Positions 1 to 11,475 of a DNA stretch of 64,000 nucleotides are shown here, one piece after another. A program made the position numbers and the translations under genes. Source of the stretch: Phoronis australis (lineage: Eukaryota; Animalia; Phoronida); contig NMRA01000022.1 of the NCBI GenBank assembly GCA_002633005.1, forward strand, positions 1,294,518 to 1,358,517, read 5' to 3'. Every line of letters begins with the position of its first letter. Position 1 is the first letter of the stretch. The notes under the pieces are model-generated. The model saw only the letters and a program-made list of their open reading frames with translations. It had not been told where the DNA came from and made no database searches.

Positions 1-259
1 ACATATCTCCTTGTAAATGTACTGTTTAGCTAGTAGAAGCAAAATGTTGAACAGAAAATCATGCCTCTTGTAAAGTCCAAGAATAACACTATCGTAAGAC
101 AGACAGTTGGGAAGCTGAATGCCACACTTTTGAAGTACAGTAGCTTTCCGAATTCCTTATATGTTGGTGAACCATGCCAACGTGAAATACACCTTTACTT
201 GCTCGTTTTTAGTACTTACTGTGAGTGATAAACACCATTTACGTTTTACTTTGAAATCT

Positions 260-557
260 CATGGGCGGACCCAGGATTTTTAGTTAGGGGGACCAGGGCT
301 CAGGAAAAAACAGAATTTCGCCTCATGCGCGCCAATCCTAAAATGTAGGGGTGTAGGGGGTCTCGAATCATTGGGTTTGTGGACCTTATTACTAAAAAAA
401 CTGGGTTTGTTCAAGGCCTATGCATTGTGAATTCCCTCCCGAGCCCCCTGAGTGCGCGCATATACTAGTCAGCAATTCGCACCCGAACTGCCAAATGGAA
501 TCTTGGAGAATTTTAGGGGGGCATGGTCCCTTTGTCCCCCCTCTAAATCCGCCACTG
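260..557. mobile_element. MITE with CAKGGCGGAYCYAGG-type ends (hAT-like), carrying a nested CATGCGCGC MITE at 324-462
   Basis: Starts catgggcggacccagg and ends cctctaaatccgccactg (imperfect TIR). No clean TSD. The internal 324-462 segment matches the MITE family at 6327 and 31356. Confidence 0.5.
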
Positions 558-738
558 AACCTATTTACAAAGCACAAGTAGATAAAATTTTGTACCAAAG
601 ATAAGTAATTTATTTTAGCGACGAATAACCAAAAATGCCAATAAAGTTCGTTTTAAGTTTGTAGGCGTATTTAGGTCCCTTGGTGGTGTAACTTTGAAAC
701 GTTTTTTCTTAGCAGTCAAGAGGATTAGTTATGGGGTA

Positions 739-744
739 TGCGTG

Positions 745-787
<43 letters not shown>
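739..787. repeat. (GT)n microsatellite
   Basis: Direct reading of a tgtgtg tract with two cg interruptions. Confidence 0.95.
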
Positions 788-788
<1 letters not shown>

Positions 789-828
789 TGTGGTGTTCTT
801 TGTCTTTTTCTGGTATTATTATGCTTTT

Positions 829-1766
829 CTCATTGCCAATAAATGTATAAAAATTACATCAAACAAACAAGCATATTCTTTGATAATTAGTGTTTGTTAA
901 TATGGCCACCGTAGACTCACTTCATTAGTTTTAATCGGATACCATTGAATGCAAACCTGCTTACTTTTGTTTGATCTTGATAGTACACTTAACAACTTTC
1001 CATCTTCCAACGTTTCACCTTAATGCAATTATTCTGACAGCCTCTTGCACCACAGGTATTACCACTGGGACTGGTGAACAAATACAGATTTAGTAGAGCT
1101 TAACAACTGAATAGCTATAATTCTAAAAGTTTCTGAAAAGTTTTCGAACTTTCAGCCATAAAAATGATATGGACTAATATACATGTGTACTAGTCAGACC
1201 ACACCAATATTTTAAACCATTGAAGTCTCTGAATGCAGCATTCTGTACTTATACAAAATGCCAGTAAGTTTGTATTGCTTTTAAACTACATGCATACNCT
1301 CATTGCCAATAAATGTATAAAAATTACATCAAACAAACAAGCATATTCTTTGATAATTAGTGTCTGTTAATATGGCCACCGTAGACTCACTTCATTAGTT
1401 TTAATCGGATGACATTGTATGCAAACCTGCTTACTTTTGTTTGATCTTGATAGTGCACTTAAAAACTTTCCATCTTCCAACGTTTCATCTTACTGCAATT
1501 ATTCTGACAGCCTCTTGCACCACAGGTATTACCACTGGGACTGGTGAACAAATACAGATTTAGTAGAGCTTAACAACTGAATAGCTATAATTGTAAAGTT
1601 TCTGAAAAGTTTTCGAACTTTCAGCCATAAAAATGATATGGACTAATATACATGTGTACTAGTCAGACCACACCAATATTTTAAACCATTGAAGTCTCTG
1701 AATGCAGCATTCTGTACTTATACAAAATGCCAGTAAGTTTGTATTGCTTTTAAACTACATGCATAC
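829..1766. repeat. ~469-bp direct duplication split by an N (829-1297 / 1299-1766), probable haplotype-overlap assembly artefact
   Basis: Copy 2 starts right after the N at 1298. About 10 differences between copies. Confidence 0.85.
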
Positions 1767-4639
1767 GCACTACTTTCATTCTTCTATTATACACTATAGA
1801 TTATTAATGAAGAGAAATTCTGTGTAAGGAGAGTGCTCCAGGTCCGTCTGCTGTCCAGTGAATAGGGTAAACATATACAACCGAGATGGTTTGTTTAACT
1901 ATAGACTGACCAATTAAAGAAATTCTGATGTAAAGGTAATGGCGAATTAATTACGTGACCAGGGTGATTACGATATCGTGCTCCCCAGGAGAATCGGACA
2001 TACATGTACGGCAAGCGCTCCTCTCTATCTAACCTCAGACTTCCCGTGATTAAGGATCCCCTTCCTCAACAAGCTCCAACATAGTCTTAACAATATATGA
2101 AGCAGACTTGCAATCTTAGCATGGAGATTTCAGACGAATACCATCGGTGGTCAAATAGTATACAACACCTTTCTTGTTTTGTTTTTTATTTTGTCAGCCA
2201 TCAATCTGAATCAGATAATATCAGTCACGTTCATTAATGTTCTTTTTGTGAGATTAAATGATAAATAACGCGGGTATTTGTTTTACAGTCGTATTTAACC
2301 AGTCTGACGAACTTCAGTTTTCCATTCCTAACCTTGGACAAACAAGTGAGGTCAACTATCGTTTTCCTCGGTAGAGATTTGGTCTACGGAACGAATCTTA
2401 TCTGGATACTTACTGCTATTGTTATTTCACGCCATTTAAGATGTGGGTGTTAAATTTACAATGTAGATTAGGTCATTTCTTCATTCTCAAACTCTTTGTT
2501 CGTAATTTTAATTAACAGCGGTTCCTAAAGATACTGGCATTGAGTAATAGCATACACGGTATTTAAATGTGCTATGTTGGCATTTTGTAGTAACAGATAA
2601 ATATTGTATGAAACATTGTTTGCCTGGAGCATCTATTTTTGCGGTACAGTAGTTGATATATTTAGCCTGTCGCCCACTTCCCATGTATGCCTGGTGGGCG
2701 CTTAAGGTTATGTCGAACATTACAGACAAGACTAGTCCGGGTATTTAACTAAATATCTATAACGTTTAAGTGTGCAAAAGTAAATATTTTCTTAAAGAAG
2801 ATTCTGTATTTTTTTACTTTATCTGCAACAACTTGAGTAACGTGATCAAATGTTTTAGTAAAACATACCAAAAAAGAAAGGCACTTTCATAGCCAAACAG
2901 CTATGTCAATAAATTGACTCAATTTCATTGATATTTGTGTCCAAGATGAAATCTAAAAAACTCCATTGTTCAAGTTTCATTGATCATTATTTCTTTAGAT
3001 ATGCTGGCTCAACGGCAGGTGACCCAAGATTTACTGGGCACTGCAAACTACATGTAGCTCGTTACAGATGCATCATGGGTCATGCGGCATGTTCAAACTA
3101 ACCTAAATGGGGCTTGGAAACTGAGATTCCCCAACACACCAACATTTAGTAAAAATTTGTCCTGGTTATCAGGGTCTTCGCAGTCTCCTACTAGATGGAC
3201 ATATACCTTGCCAAGTTGAAATTGCCAGGTCGTGCAGGTTCCGGGGGAAAAGGGAAAATTAGAGGAACGCCACGCTCAGGGATCTCTTTCAGTTTCAATC
3301 GAGTGTTTAAGTGCCTGAAAATGCGAGTTCTTTCCAGTTTCATTGACAGTACACTTGAGTGGCCATGCAACTGGTGGTCCCACACTCGCACTATTACAGG
3401 AAGTGTTTTAATAATGTCAGTGTTGAGAAACGACCACATCTTGAACAGTACAGTGCTATTTCGTGCGCTCGAGGCAGTTAAGCTTGGACCATGCTCATTA
3501 TTTTTTCGAAAATACAGTCACCAAGCGTTTAGCCAGAAAGAAAGTGTGCATATTAGTTAGGCGGAAATGTAAATTAAAAGAAAGCTTTGTTTCCCTCTCT
3601 CGACCGACCGCAAAACGTGGGCGACTCGAAACAACTATCTTGGTACAAATATTGTAAGTAATGTATTTAGTCATTACAACCGGGTCCTAAATTCTGATCG
3701 TGTTTATTGTTTATAGTCTACAAGCAATGGTCTGACTTTGTTCACGCAATGTATCCAATAGTATCATACTTGCACTATCTAGCTTTGAAATAAACAATTA
3801 AAACTCACATTTTCAACATGAAAGAGAATTACATCTATTTCTCATCAACTGTACCAAAAAAATTTGGCAACAAAAATGAGCTGGTCCCAAGAATGGAAAG
3901 CGAATGTATTTTACCTGCCTCACAAAAGAGGGGGTAAAGCAAGGCGGAAACGAGAAATGTTTCAAGCCTGTCGATTAAGTTAAAAACTTAGTATTGTCAC
4001 CGGACAAACTTTATGGAAAAAGGAACGACCACGTGACTGTTGGATTATGTCGTAACAGAATACTTACAGATGATAAAGGAACTTCAAAATGACGAAAGAA
4101 AGTGTCGCTTGTTACGCGAAGAACTTCATGATATTGTTGAAACACAAGTCCCTATACCAGACCTTTCATCTGAAGCGCAAACTGACAATTTGGTTTGTCG
4201 CACTGAGGGACATGTACATAAACCATACACCCAGTAGTCTTTACATGTACTGTAAAATATGAAGGGGATTAGTGCAGTGCAAAGTTGTTTTGTCATGTCA
4301 AGCTGGGGACATAAACTTGCTGAGTTCATGGTAAATGTTGGTGGTGTATCTTTCCTGGTCTTCCAAAAGTTCTTGAGGCCAAGTGTCTCATGTCGTCGTC
4401 ATCCAGAGTACTGCTCTCCTCATTTGCAGAGAATTTTGATGTGACACACCAGTTCAAATTAATTAAACAGGCATGGAACGTGAACACTCGTCAAAAATAT
4501 CTTTTAACCAATTCCTGGCGAAAGTATCATCTCGCAAAATCTACAACACAGTTGTTCATTTTCCCCTAGGAGGGAATTTCTAGAGAAATCACAAAATTCA
4601 CGAGTTTTTGAAATACATGTAGGCACTAAGGAAAGGCTC

Positions 4640-4885
4640 GAGGAGGCAGTGTGGCCTGGTTGATTAAGTGCCCGCTTTCTTTACTTGAGGTTGTGGGTTC
4701 AAGTCCTACCAGGTCACACTGCTAAACCCTTGAGCCAGGTTTCTAGCTCCTCAGCTCGGTTTTAACCATATATTAATAAAGCATAAAAATATTTCCAGGT
4801 GATCAGTGCAATGGGCCCACATGTGAGGCCTGCGCACGTCTGGTACAACGTGTATCAGACCGCCTGCAATTATTTTTATTTTATA
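4640..4885 (+). mobile_element. tRNA-derived SINE with 13-bp target-site duplication
   Basis: A-box-like tggcctggttg (~4652), B box ggttcaagtcc (4696-4706), AT-rich tail. TSD taaggaaaggctc at 4627-4639 and 4886-4898. Confidence 0.85.
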
Positions 4886-6326
4886 TAAGGAAAGGCTCTG
4901 CGCTCACAGTATGAATCTGATGTCGACAGCATAGTATGAGGCAAGCCAGTGAAGCAAAAATTTCCTAAAAGAATTCCAAACGTATTTTAGACTATATTTG
5001 AATCCCATGTCCTTTCCGAGAGTACGTACTTTGGAATTTGAAAACGAACGTCTCCGTTTTAAACGTAAAAGCCAGAGCAATTATTATCGCTACAAACACG
5101 CCCTTGTGCGCATTGACTCCCACCGCTTCTTCACCTTTGGACTGTCGCGGTTTTTACTGGTCGTTGATAAGAGTTACATTTCTACCTGTTTAGGTTGGCA
5201 AACCATTGTTACTAATTGAACTATATAGCAAGGGCAAAACAAATATGGCGTAGGTCCTTGACGTACTACAGCAACACGCTCACTGTTATCTTATTGAGCC
5301 TCATAACCAAAATCGGTAGTCGAAGAACTGCTGCACACAGCAGAATATCCACCATTCCAAGCTGCATTTGGCCGTTTGTTAGAATCCACTTATTGTAAAT
5401 TTTAGGAATAAGAAAATGCAAGTCTTGTGTTGACGACCAGGCCTCGTTTCCATTAATCATCCACGTATATTCCGCATGTTTAATAGTGGTTCAGATGCTG
5501 TATTATTAAAGGGAATAGCATAACAAAGTTTCATGAAACGTTAGAAAAGTGAACTTTTCTAACTGTGTGCTTGTTTATCCAGTCGTATATTCAACTCACG
5601 ATTTAATCAAAGGCAGACAGTATTTCATGATCAGCATTGTCAGAGCCCAAGTACAAGTGCGTGGAAAAAACATGTTTACCCTTTCGTTCGCAACCATTGA
5701 TTGTGGGACAAGACGGCTCACTAATGTTGTGTTTTAATATTCCACGTTCTGGTTGCCTGTCGGAACTGCTCATACAAAGAATTCTTTTATTGGAAAGTCC
5801 CTGATACGTGAAGTAGGTGCTTTCATTTGAAGATCTCTGTTCAAAAATGCTGTTACAAATCTATCGCAATGGGTTGACCGAATTTTAAACAATCTCAGCC
5901 TTTAAACATTGTCAACAATATTCTTAAATATCTCCCATTAATGATGAAAATCTCTTCTTACAATTTTTATAACAGAGAAATGTTCCAAAAGCCATAGACA
6001 ATGGTTAATATTACAATACAATCTGTACATTCTAAGTTCTGTTTTGGGCATCCTCCGCAATGTGTGCTTGTTTTTTAGTGGTTTTTACGAACGTTAAAAA
6101 GTCAAAGTAGTTCAATCTACACCTATGAACAGTTGTGTTCATTTGTATGTTCGACCGTGTTTATTTTCGAATAAACTCAACAAATTCAACAAACGACAGT
6201 ACGTATTTAATGCATTTAAAAGGGTGGAATCTGTCAGAGCCAGTCCCAGTCACAGAGATCTAATTTTTTGAAAAGATGATTCTGGCATTGTGTTTGCCTT
6301 GTTCTTACTAATGAGTATAAAGGGAC

Positions 6327-6599
6327 CATGCGCGCACCCAGCCTAAAAGTGGGGGATTCGATTATTTGAGAATGTGGACCTTTACTAAGATTCACGGAGT
6401 ACGTTCAAAGCTATGGACTGTGCATTCGCGAATTTTGGTAATTCTTGCCTTTTTAGTGAACTTTTAACTCGTCTTCTACCTTTTTCGGAATCTTTGTTTC
6501 TCTGAGGCGGACCTTTTTGCCCATGTCGCCAAATGAGGGGGCTCTTTCCATCCCCCTGAGCCCTCTCCGACCCCCACTCTCCCCCTGGGTGCGCGCATG
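6327..6599. mobile_element. MITE with 15-bp TIR CATGCGCGCACCCAG and 5-bp TSD (Transib-like)
   Basis: Perfect TIR catgcgcgcacccag...ctgggtgcgcgcatg. TSD gggac at 6322-6326 and 6600-6604. Internal sequence is shared with 31356-31590. Confidence 0.8.
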
Positions 6600-7050
6600 G
6601 GGACAACATCATTAGAATATTTGACTGAACAATATGCATTTGGCTTTCCTCTGCTGCCATTCTCACAAAACGGGAACTTGACCAGCACCATGGACCTGTA
6701 CATTTCGTATTTTATATGGAAAATCGGTAATTGCTTGAATCGTGCTGTGGAACGGTAACTCTGATGTAGGAGCACTATGCCCTAAGGCACCGTGTCTTTT
6801 AAGGAATTTAGCAATGTTTTTGAAAACAAGAAACACTGGCGTTAGTTCAACCTGTAGGCCTACGGTACTGCAATGGAAAAAGCAAGACATGCGTGCGTTA
6901 CCAATTAGAACTACGTAATGCCAAACACTGTGTTGTCACTGGTGCATTCTAAGGCGTTACCAAAAAGTGATGTCTTACCTCAGTGGCGGATCTAGGATAT
7001 CATGAGGCGGGCCAATATTTTGTCTCAGGCAATTGCTCATAGCACGACTG

Positions 7051-7207
7051 CATGCGCACACCCAGCCTGAAAGATAGGGCGGCTCAAATTTCTGGACCTT
7101 CTACTAAAAAGAAACGGAAGACTAAAGAACGGGAAAAAGATTGTGCCTGCCGTCTGAGTGGGACACTTGAAATGGGGTCTGAGCCTCCCCTCCCCCTCAG
7201 CCGCATG
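7051..7207. mobile_element. degenerate copy of the CATGCGCGCACCCAG MITE, just after a cagtggcggatctagg MITE end (6981)
   Basis: catgcgcacacccagcctgaaa...ccgcatg. No TSD visible. Confidence 0.5.
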
Positions 7208-8512
7208 TTAATTAGCGGGGTTAACAAGATATTAGGGTAACGGACTTCAATATGATATATGTATAGTTTAACTGAGACCGATTGGCATCATGATTGCATA
7301 TCCAAAAGTTATAGTTAGTTGTTTACATTGCAGTGTCAGTTTTCATCTTTAAGATGCCATTTAGCACACGGTGGGGGAATATCCAGTTCCTCTGCTTTAA
7401 AGAAATGGTGGTCAACATCGCTTGCTAGAGTTCTCAGCTGCTTTGGCATTAAATCAAGAGATCGTCGTCATATTCAGCGTCGCGTGTTACAGTTCACACC
7501 TCATCTGCAGTCTAGACATCGCCGGCACATGCTGCATATACCTGTACTTGCGGTTTGTTGAGAATAGCATTCTATCTTTGCGGGAAAGCTGCTAGAGATC
7601 TCAGTCTCAAGTAACGTGATGACGCGCACTGTGACTCACTTCGTCTCGGAGGCACTCGATGTCGTTCATTTCGGCAGATTTTTCAATGTACATACATCGT
7701 GTGACTAACTGAGGGCGTTCCAACTTCTTCACTTTTGCGTCGATGAATACGACAACATCAGTTAGCGCTGCTCAGCATTGACCAACTTAGGGTACCGTTA
7801 TGCATTTTGCTTGAAGTTCACATTTTGCCAAGGTACTACTGTAAACCTAAGCCGTGCGCTCTATCGCCATCGGTGTCGTGTTCTTTCAAATTATCTATCA
7901 TTTACTCTTTCCATTGACTGCGAAACTAAAATGAATTAAAAATTAAGATAAATCGATTGTTGAAATCAATATCAGTACATCTTGTTACTTTTTTAGAAGT
8001 AGTTACAAATGTGTCTGCAATAGTCATGTATAGGAATTCCGGATTTTGGAGCACCATATTCAGTATAGATGCTCAGAATGTGTTCACCTTCCCCGATTCC
8101 CTGGTGTTAGGTCACGAAATACATAACTGACGAAACTTTTGGAAATCGTTGAATGCTCTTTGGTTTGAAGAGAATTTGTCAAGTGCAAAAATTACCGTTA
8201 AGTAGTTTAAACTTACATCTTTTATGGGCAGCAAACCACGAAGTTTACTTTCAACGGGACTAGCACGGTGCAGTTGCCTCTTGGTCATCTGGAGGAGATG
8301 ATTGCATGGATTTCTACCACCGGACCAGAGACAGCAACTGGTCACAAGTCGTAATCGGAATGATCTCTTGCAAGTGCCAAGGTGCGCAAGCAAATGATCT
8401 TCCCGCTGGATTTTAATTGAACAAGAGGGTGTTCGGGTGAAGAAGTCTTGTGAACGTTCAGGACTGCCTATCTGTTTTCTTCACGATCCGCACAGCGTAC
8501 TTTACTCCTTAA

Positions 8513-10329
8513 AGGAGAAAGCAACTTTTTCGTGTCATTTTTATTAAAAGTGCGGTTCGTTGAATATACTAGACATATTTTTCAGTTAATTACGGCTTCC
8601 CGTAATTTAATGAATTAGTCATGCCCCAATTCGCAAAGTGACGTTGAAGGGATTTAAAATTTCCCGTCATTTTGTTTCTATGTTGGAGTTTACTGTGAGG
8701 ATCTGTTCCACTTTTGTTTTCGTGTTGGTTTCCTAGAATTGTCGTCACCACTTCTCATTGACGAGTATTCTTTGACAAACTAGGTTGTTAGAGAACTCAA
8801 TTTAGGGATCGTTTGTTTAGTAACCTGAGAATGGGTGGAATCGGCGACCCATATCATAGTGACGTGAGTGACGGAGACATTGTTCATAGCAGTGGTGACG
8901 AGAAATTTTTTTTACGAACAGTCAGCGGATGGATAAATATTTGAGCCCGAGTAAAGTGAGGTATAATACGCACATTCACTGGATGGTGACCTGAGCATCC
9001 AAGCAGCTTACATCCCGCCGTGTGACTCACCGCCACTCACCTGGCACCTTTTAAATGGTTTCAATACTTTAGTCAAGTCCACAATAAACTTATCAGAGTT
9101 TGGGTCACCGGCCTGTTCACTGGACGACGTACTGCCCTCACTGGCTGACGAAATGGACGTGTAGTCACTCCCACTATTGAACATCGCTGCAGGGATACTT
9201 AAAGCGTCTGGGTTGGAGACATCACCAGCACACGGCGAATCACTGCTAGTTCCCGGAATTGCATGCTCTGGGGCACGTTCGGAAGCACGGGTGGCAGTAG
9301 CTGCAGGTTCTCGAGTCACTGTAGTGGCCAAAGCTAGCCAGGCTTCTTGCTTCAAAAATGCACTTTTCGGGTGTGGCGACGAGGCACTTTCGGGAATCAA
9401 CAGCTACGGCATGGTACCCTTCTTCGGGTGCTGCTTTACAAGAACCTTCATCACTTCCGTGTACGTATCTCATGCATGTCAACCAATACGGGAATTACTT
9501 ATTTTATTCGTATTTTGTAGTTTTTGTAGTGCTACGGCATAGCGCCAAAATGCTACGTAATTTTACCGACATTCTTTCCAAGCCTTCGCTTTCTCTTTTA
9601 CTGACAATATCTTTTGTCGAAATAATCTCATATCAGAAGCCTTGCTCGACAGGGCCAAACGAATTACCAAGGAGTATAACAACAGGCAGTTACTAGATGT
9701 AGCTTTCAATAGGTAAGTAGGTACAATGTACAATGCAATTTGACACTTGACCATATTTTGACTCGTTTTCGTCAGTGCTATGGTTTGCTATGTTTTTTAA
9801 GTTGCTATGGTTAGAGCAAGAAGTGGTTGATATAATGTAATATATCTCTTCCGTAATCTGACAGGAGAAAATGCTTGCCACTCACTCGACGATAATTATC
9901 CCCTGCTTTGTACGTTGCGTGGACGGATAACACTGCATTCTTCACACGAAGGAGCCAAAACGGCGGAGTGTGTCATTCGTTGGAAGCTGAAGCAATGTAA
10001 TGGCACTCCCAAAGCGCGTGTGAGGCGATAATGAATACGTCCCGGTACGCAGCAACCGTGCAGCATGTTGACTGACTCTAGAAAACGCAAACGACAACCG
10101 AACTTATTACAACAAAGGTAGAACAATGATTGACTCGACAGCTCACGCAGTCAGACTATCGGAAAACAAAATGGAGGGAAATCTAAGCCCCCTAAACGTC
10201 ACTTCCGGAATAGGGCATGACTAATTAATTAAATTATGGGAATCCGTAATTAACTGAAAATTATGTCTGTGATTATGTCAGCGAACCGTATTTTTACTAA
10301 AAATTGCACGGAAAAGGTTGCTTTCTCTT
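8513..10329 (-). mobile_element. non-autonomous Kolobok DNA transposon with decayed THAP/transposase
   Basis: TTAA at 8509-8512 and 10330-10333. Imperfect TIRs of ~140 bp (aggagaaagcaac.../...gttgctttctctt). Minus-strand frameshifted THAP (MLHGCCVPG...LH...W LLRVKN...RVSGKHF, ~10066-9850), then KKGTMP*L..KSAFLKQE and KFIVDLTKVLKPFKRCQ, as in Kolobok transposase N-termini. Confidence 0.8.
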
Positions 10330-11475
10330 TTAACGCAGTCCTTTTCTTGTGATACCGTTCAAAAATGCTCTTTTTTCGCCAATTTAGAACAAAGGATTAG
10401 TTTCGTCAGTCGTAAAGTGGGCGCAATTTCCACGGACCTCATGACGGCAGTTGAGCTATTACTCACAATGCATGGGTCAGCTGCCGCTCACCACGGCTGC
10501 CATTTTAGTTGGTGGTGTACCACATAGACAAAAAGAAATCATGTGTAATGAAAATTCAATGAAGTTCGAAAACATTTGGAGATGTGTTGAATGATCGTTG
10601 CATTTGTTTATGAAGTTTTTAACTAAAATGAATCGAGAAGAGTATCTTTAATATTTGAAACCTTTCAAATTACATTAATGACATTTGAACTAGCTTGTCA
10701 AAACGCGAAAGATGCGATTTTGTCATCAAATTTATGCATTACTCTTCTACACCACGTTCTTTTAAAATTATGAAGGTTTTTTTAACATTATTATGAGTTT
10801 TTGTGTTTTGCGTTTCTAAGAAAACGGGTCTCTAGCGGAAAACGTTTACCAATAATGTGTGCATTTTAGTGATGAAGCTAATAAATAGTCCCTTTTCTAC
10901 TACAAAGCAGATCCCAGACTGTGGTCAGTTTTGTGTTTCATTTTACGTTATTTTAGATTCCAGTGTTTTAAAAAAGCAAAACATCCTCACTAATTTTTAT
11001 AGATGTTACTTATCGTTTTAAATCATTTAACACAATTGGAGTCCAAATAATTGGACGTGTGTGGTGCAAAGATTGTGTTGTTTTAAGTGTAGTTCCCAAG
11101 TACAAAATGTATATTACATTGGAGTGGGTTCACAGGGGCTCCAGGCAGTGATAACCCAGTTCGGCTATTTTTGTAATTTCTGCTGTGGTGGAATATAAAG
11201 TGCTCATGTCTGTAAACTGACACAAATCCTCTGACGCTGGTCTCACAAATTGAGAGCGGCTGTTGGAATATGCGTATTGTAAGCATTCTGCTGCCTTTGT
11301 CACAAAATGACGGAACCAGGTTTGCTTAATTAACGTGATTAAAGTTTCTGAATCCTTGTTTCTATCACTTTGATTAATTCGGAATTGAAATCAGACAAGG
11401 TTTTACGAGTTTTCACATAGTTTTGATTTTTCCATCATACATTGGGGTTAGACTTTAGAGCTATTCTTTGGGCAT

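Noticed and set aside
694-900. 68-aa ORF with a CVCVCV run
   Set aside because: Translation of the (GT)n microsatellite.
3000-4450. Overlapping ORFs with coding-like composition (possible decayed transposase, e.g. LCTALIPF...CKDY)
   Set aside because: No motif I can identify with confidence, and no TIR or TSD found.
5240-5900. Coding-like fragments (VEELLHTAEYPPFQAAFGRL...)
   Set aside because: Multiple stops and no recognisable family.
9177-9696. Plus-strand 121-aa and 112-aa ORFs
   Set aside because: Antisense shadows of the Kolobok transposase remnant.
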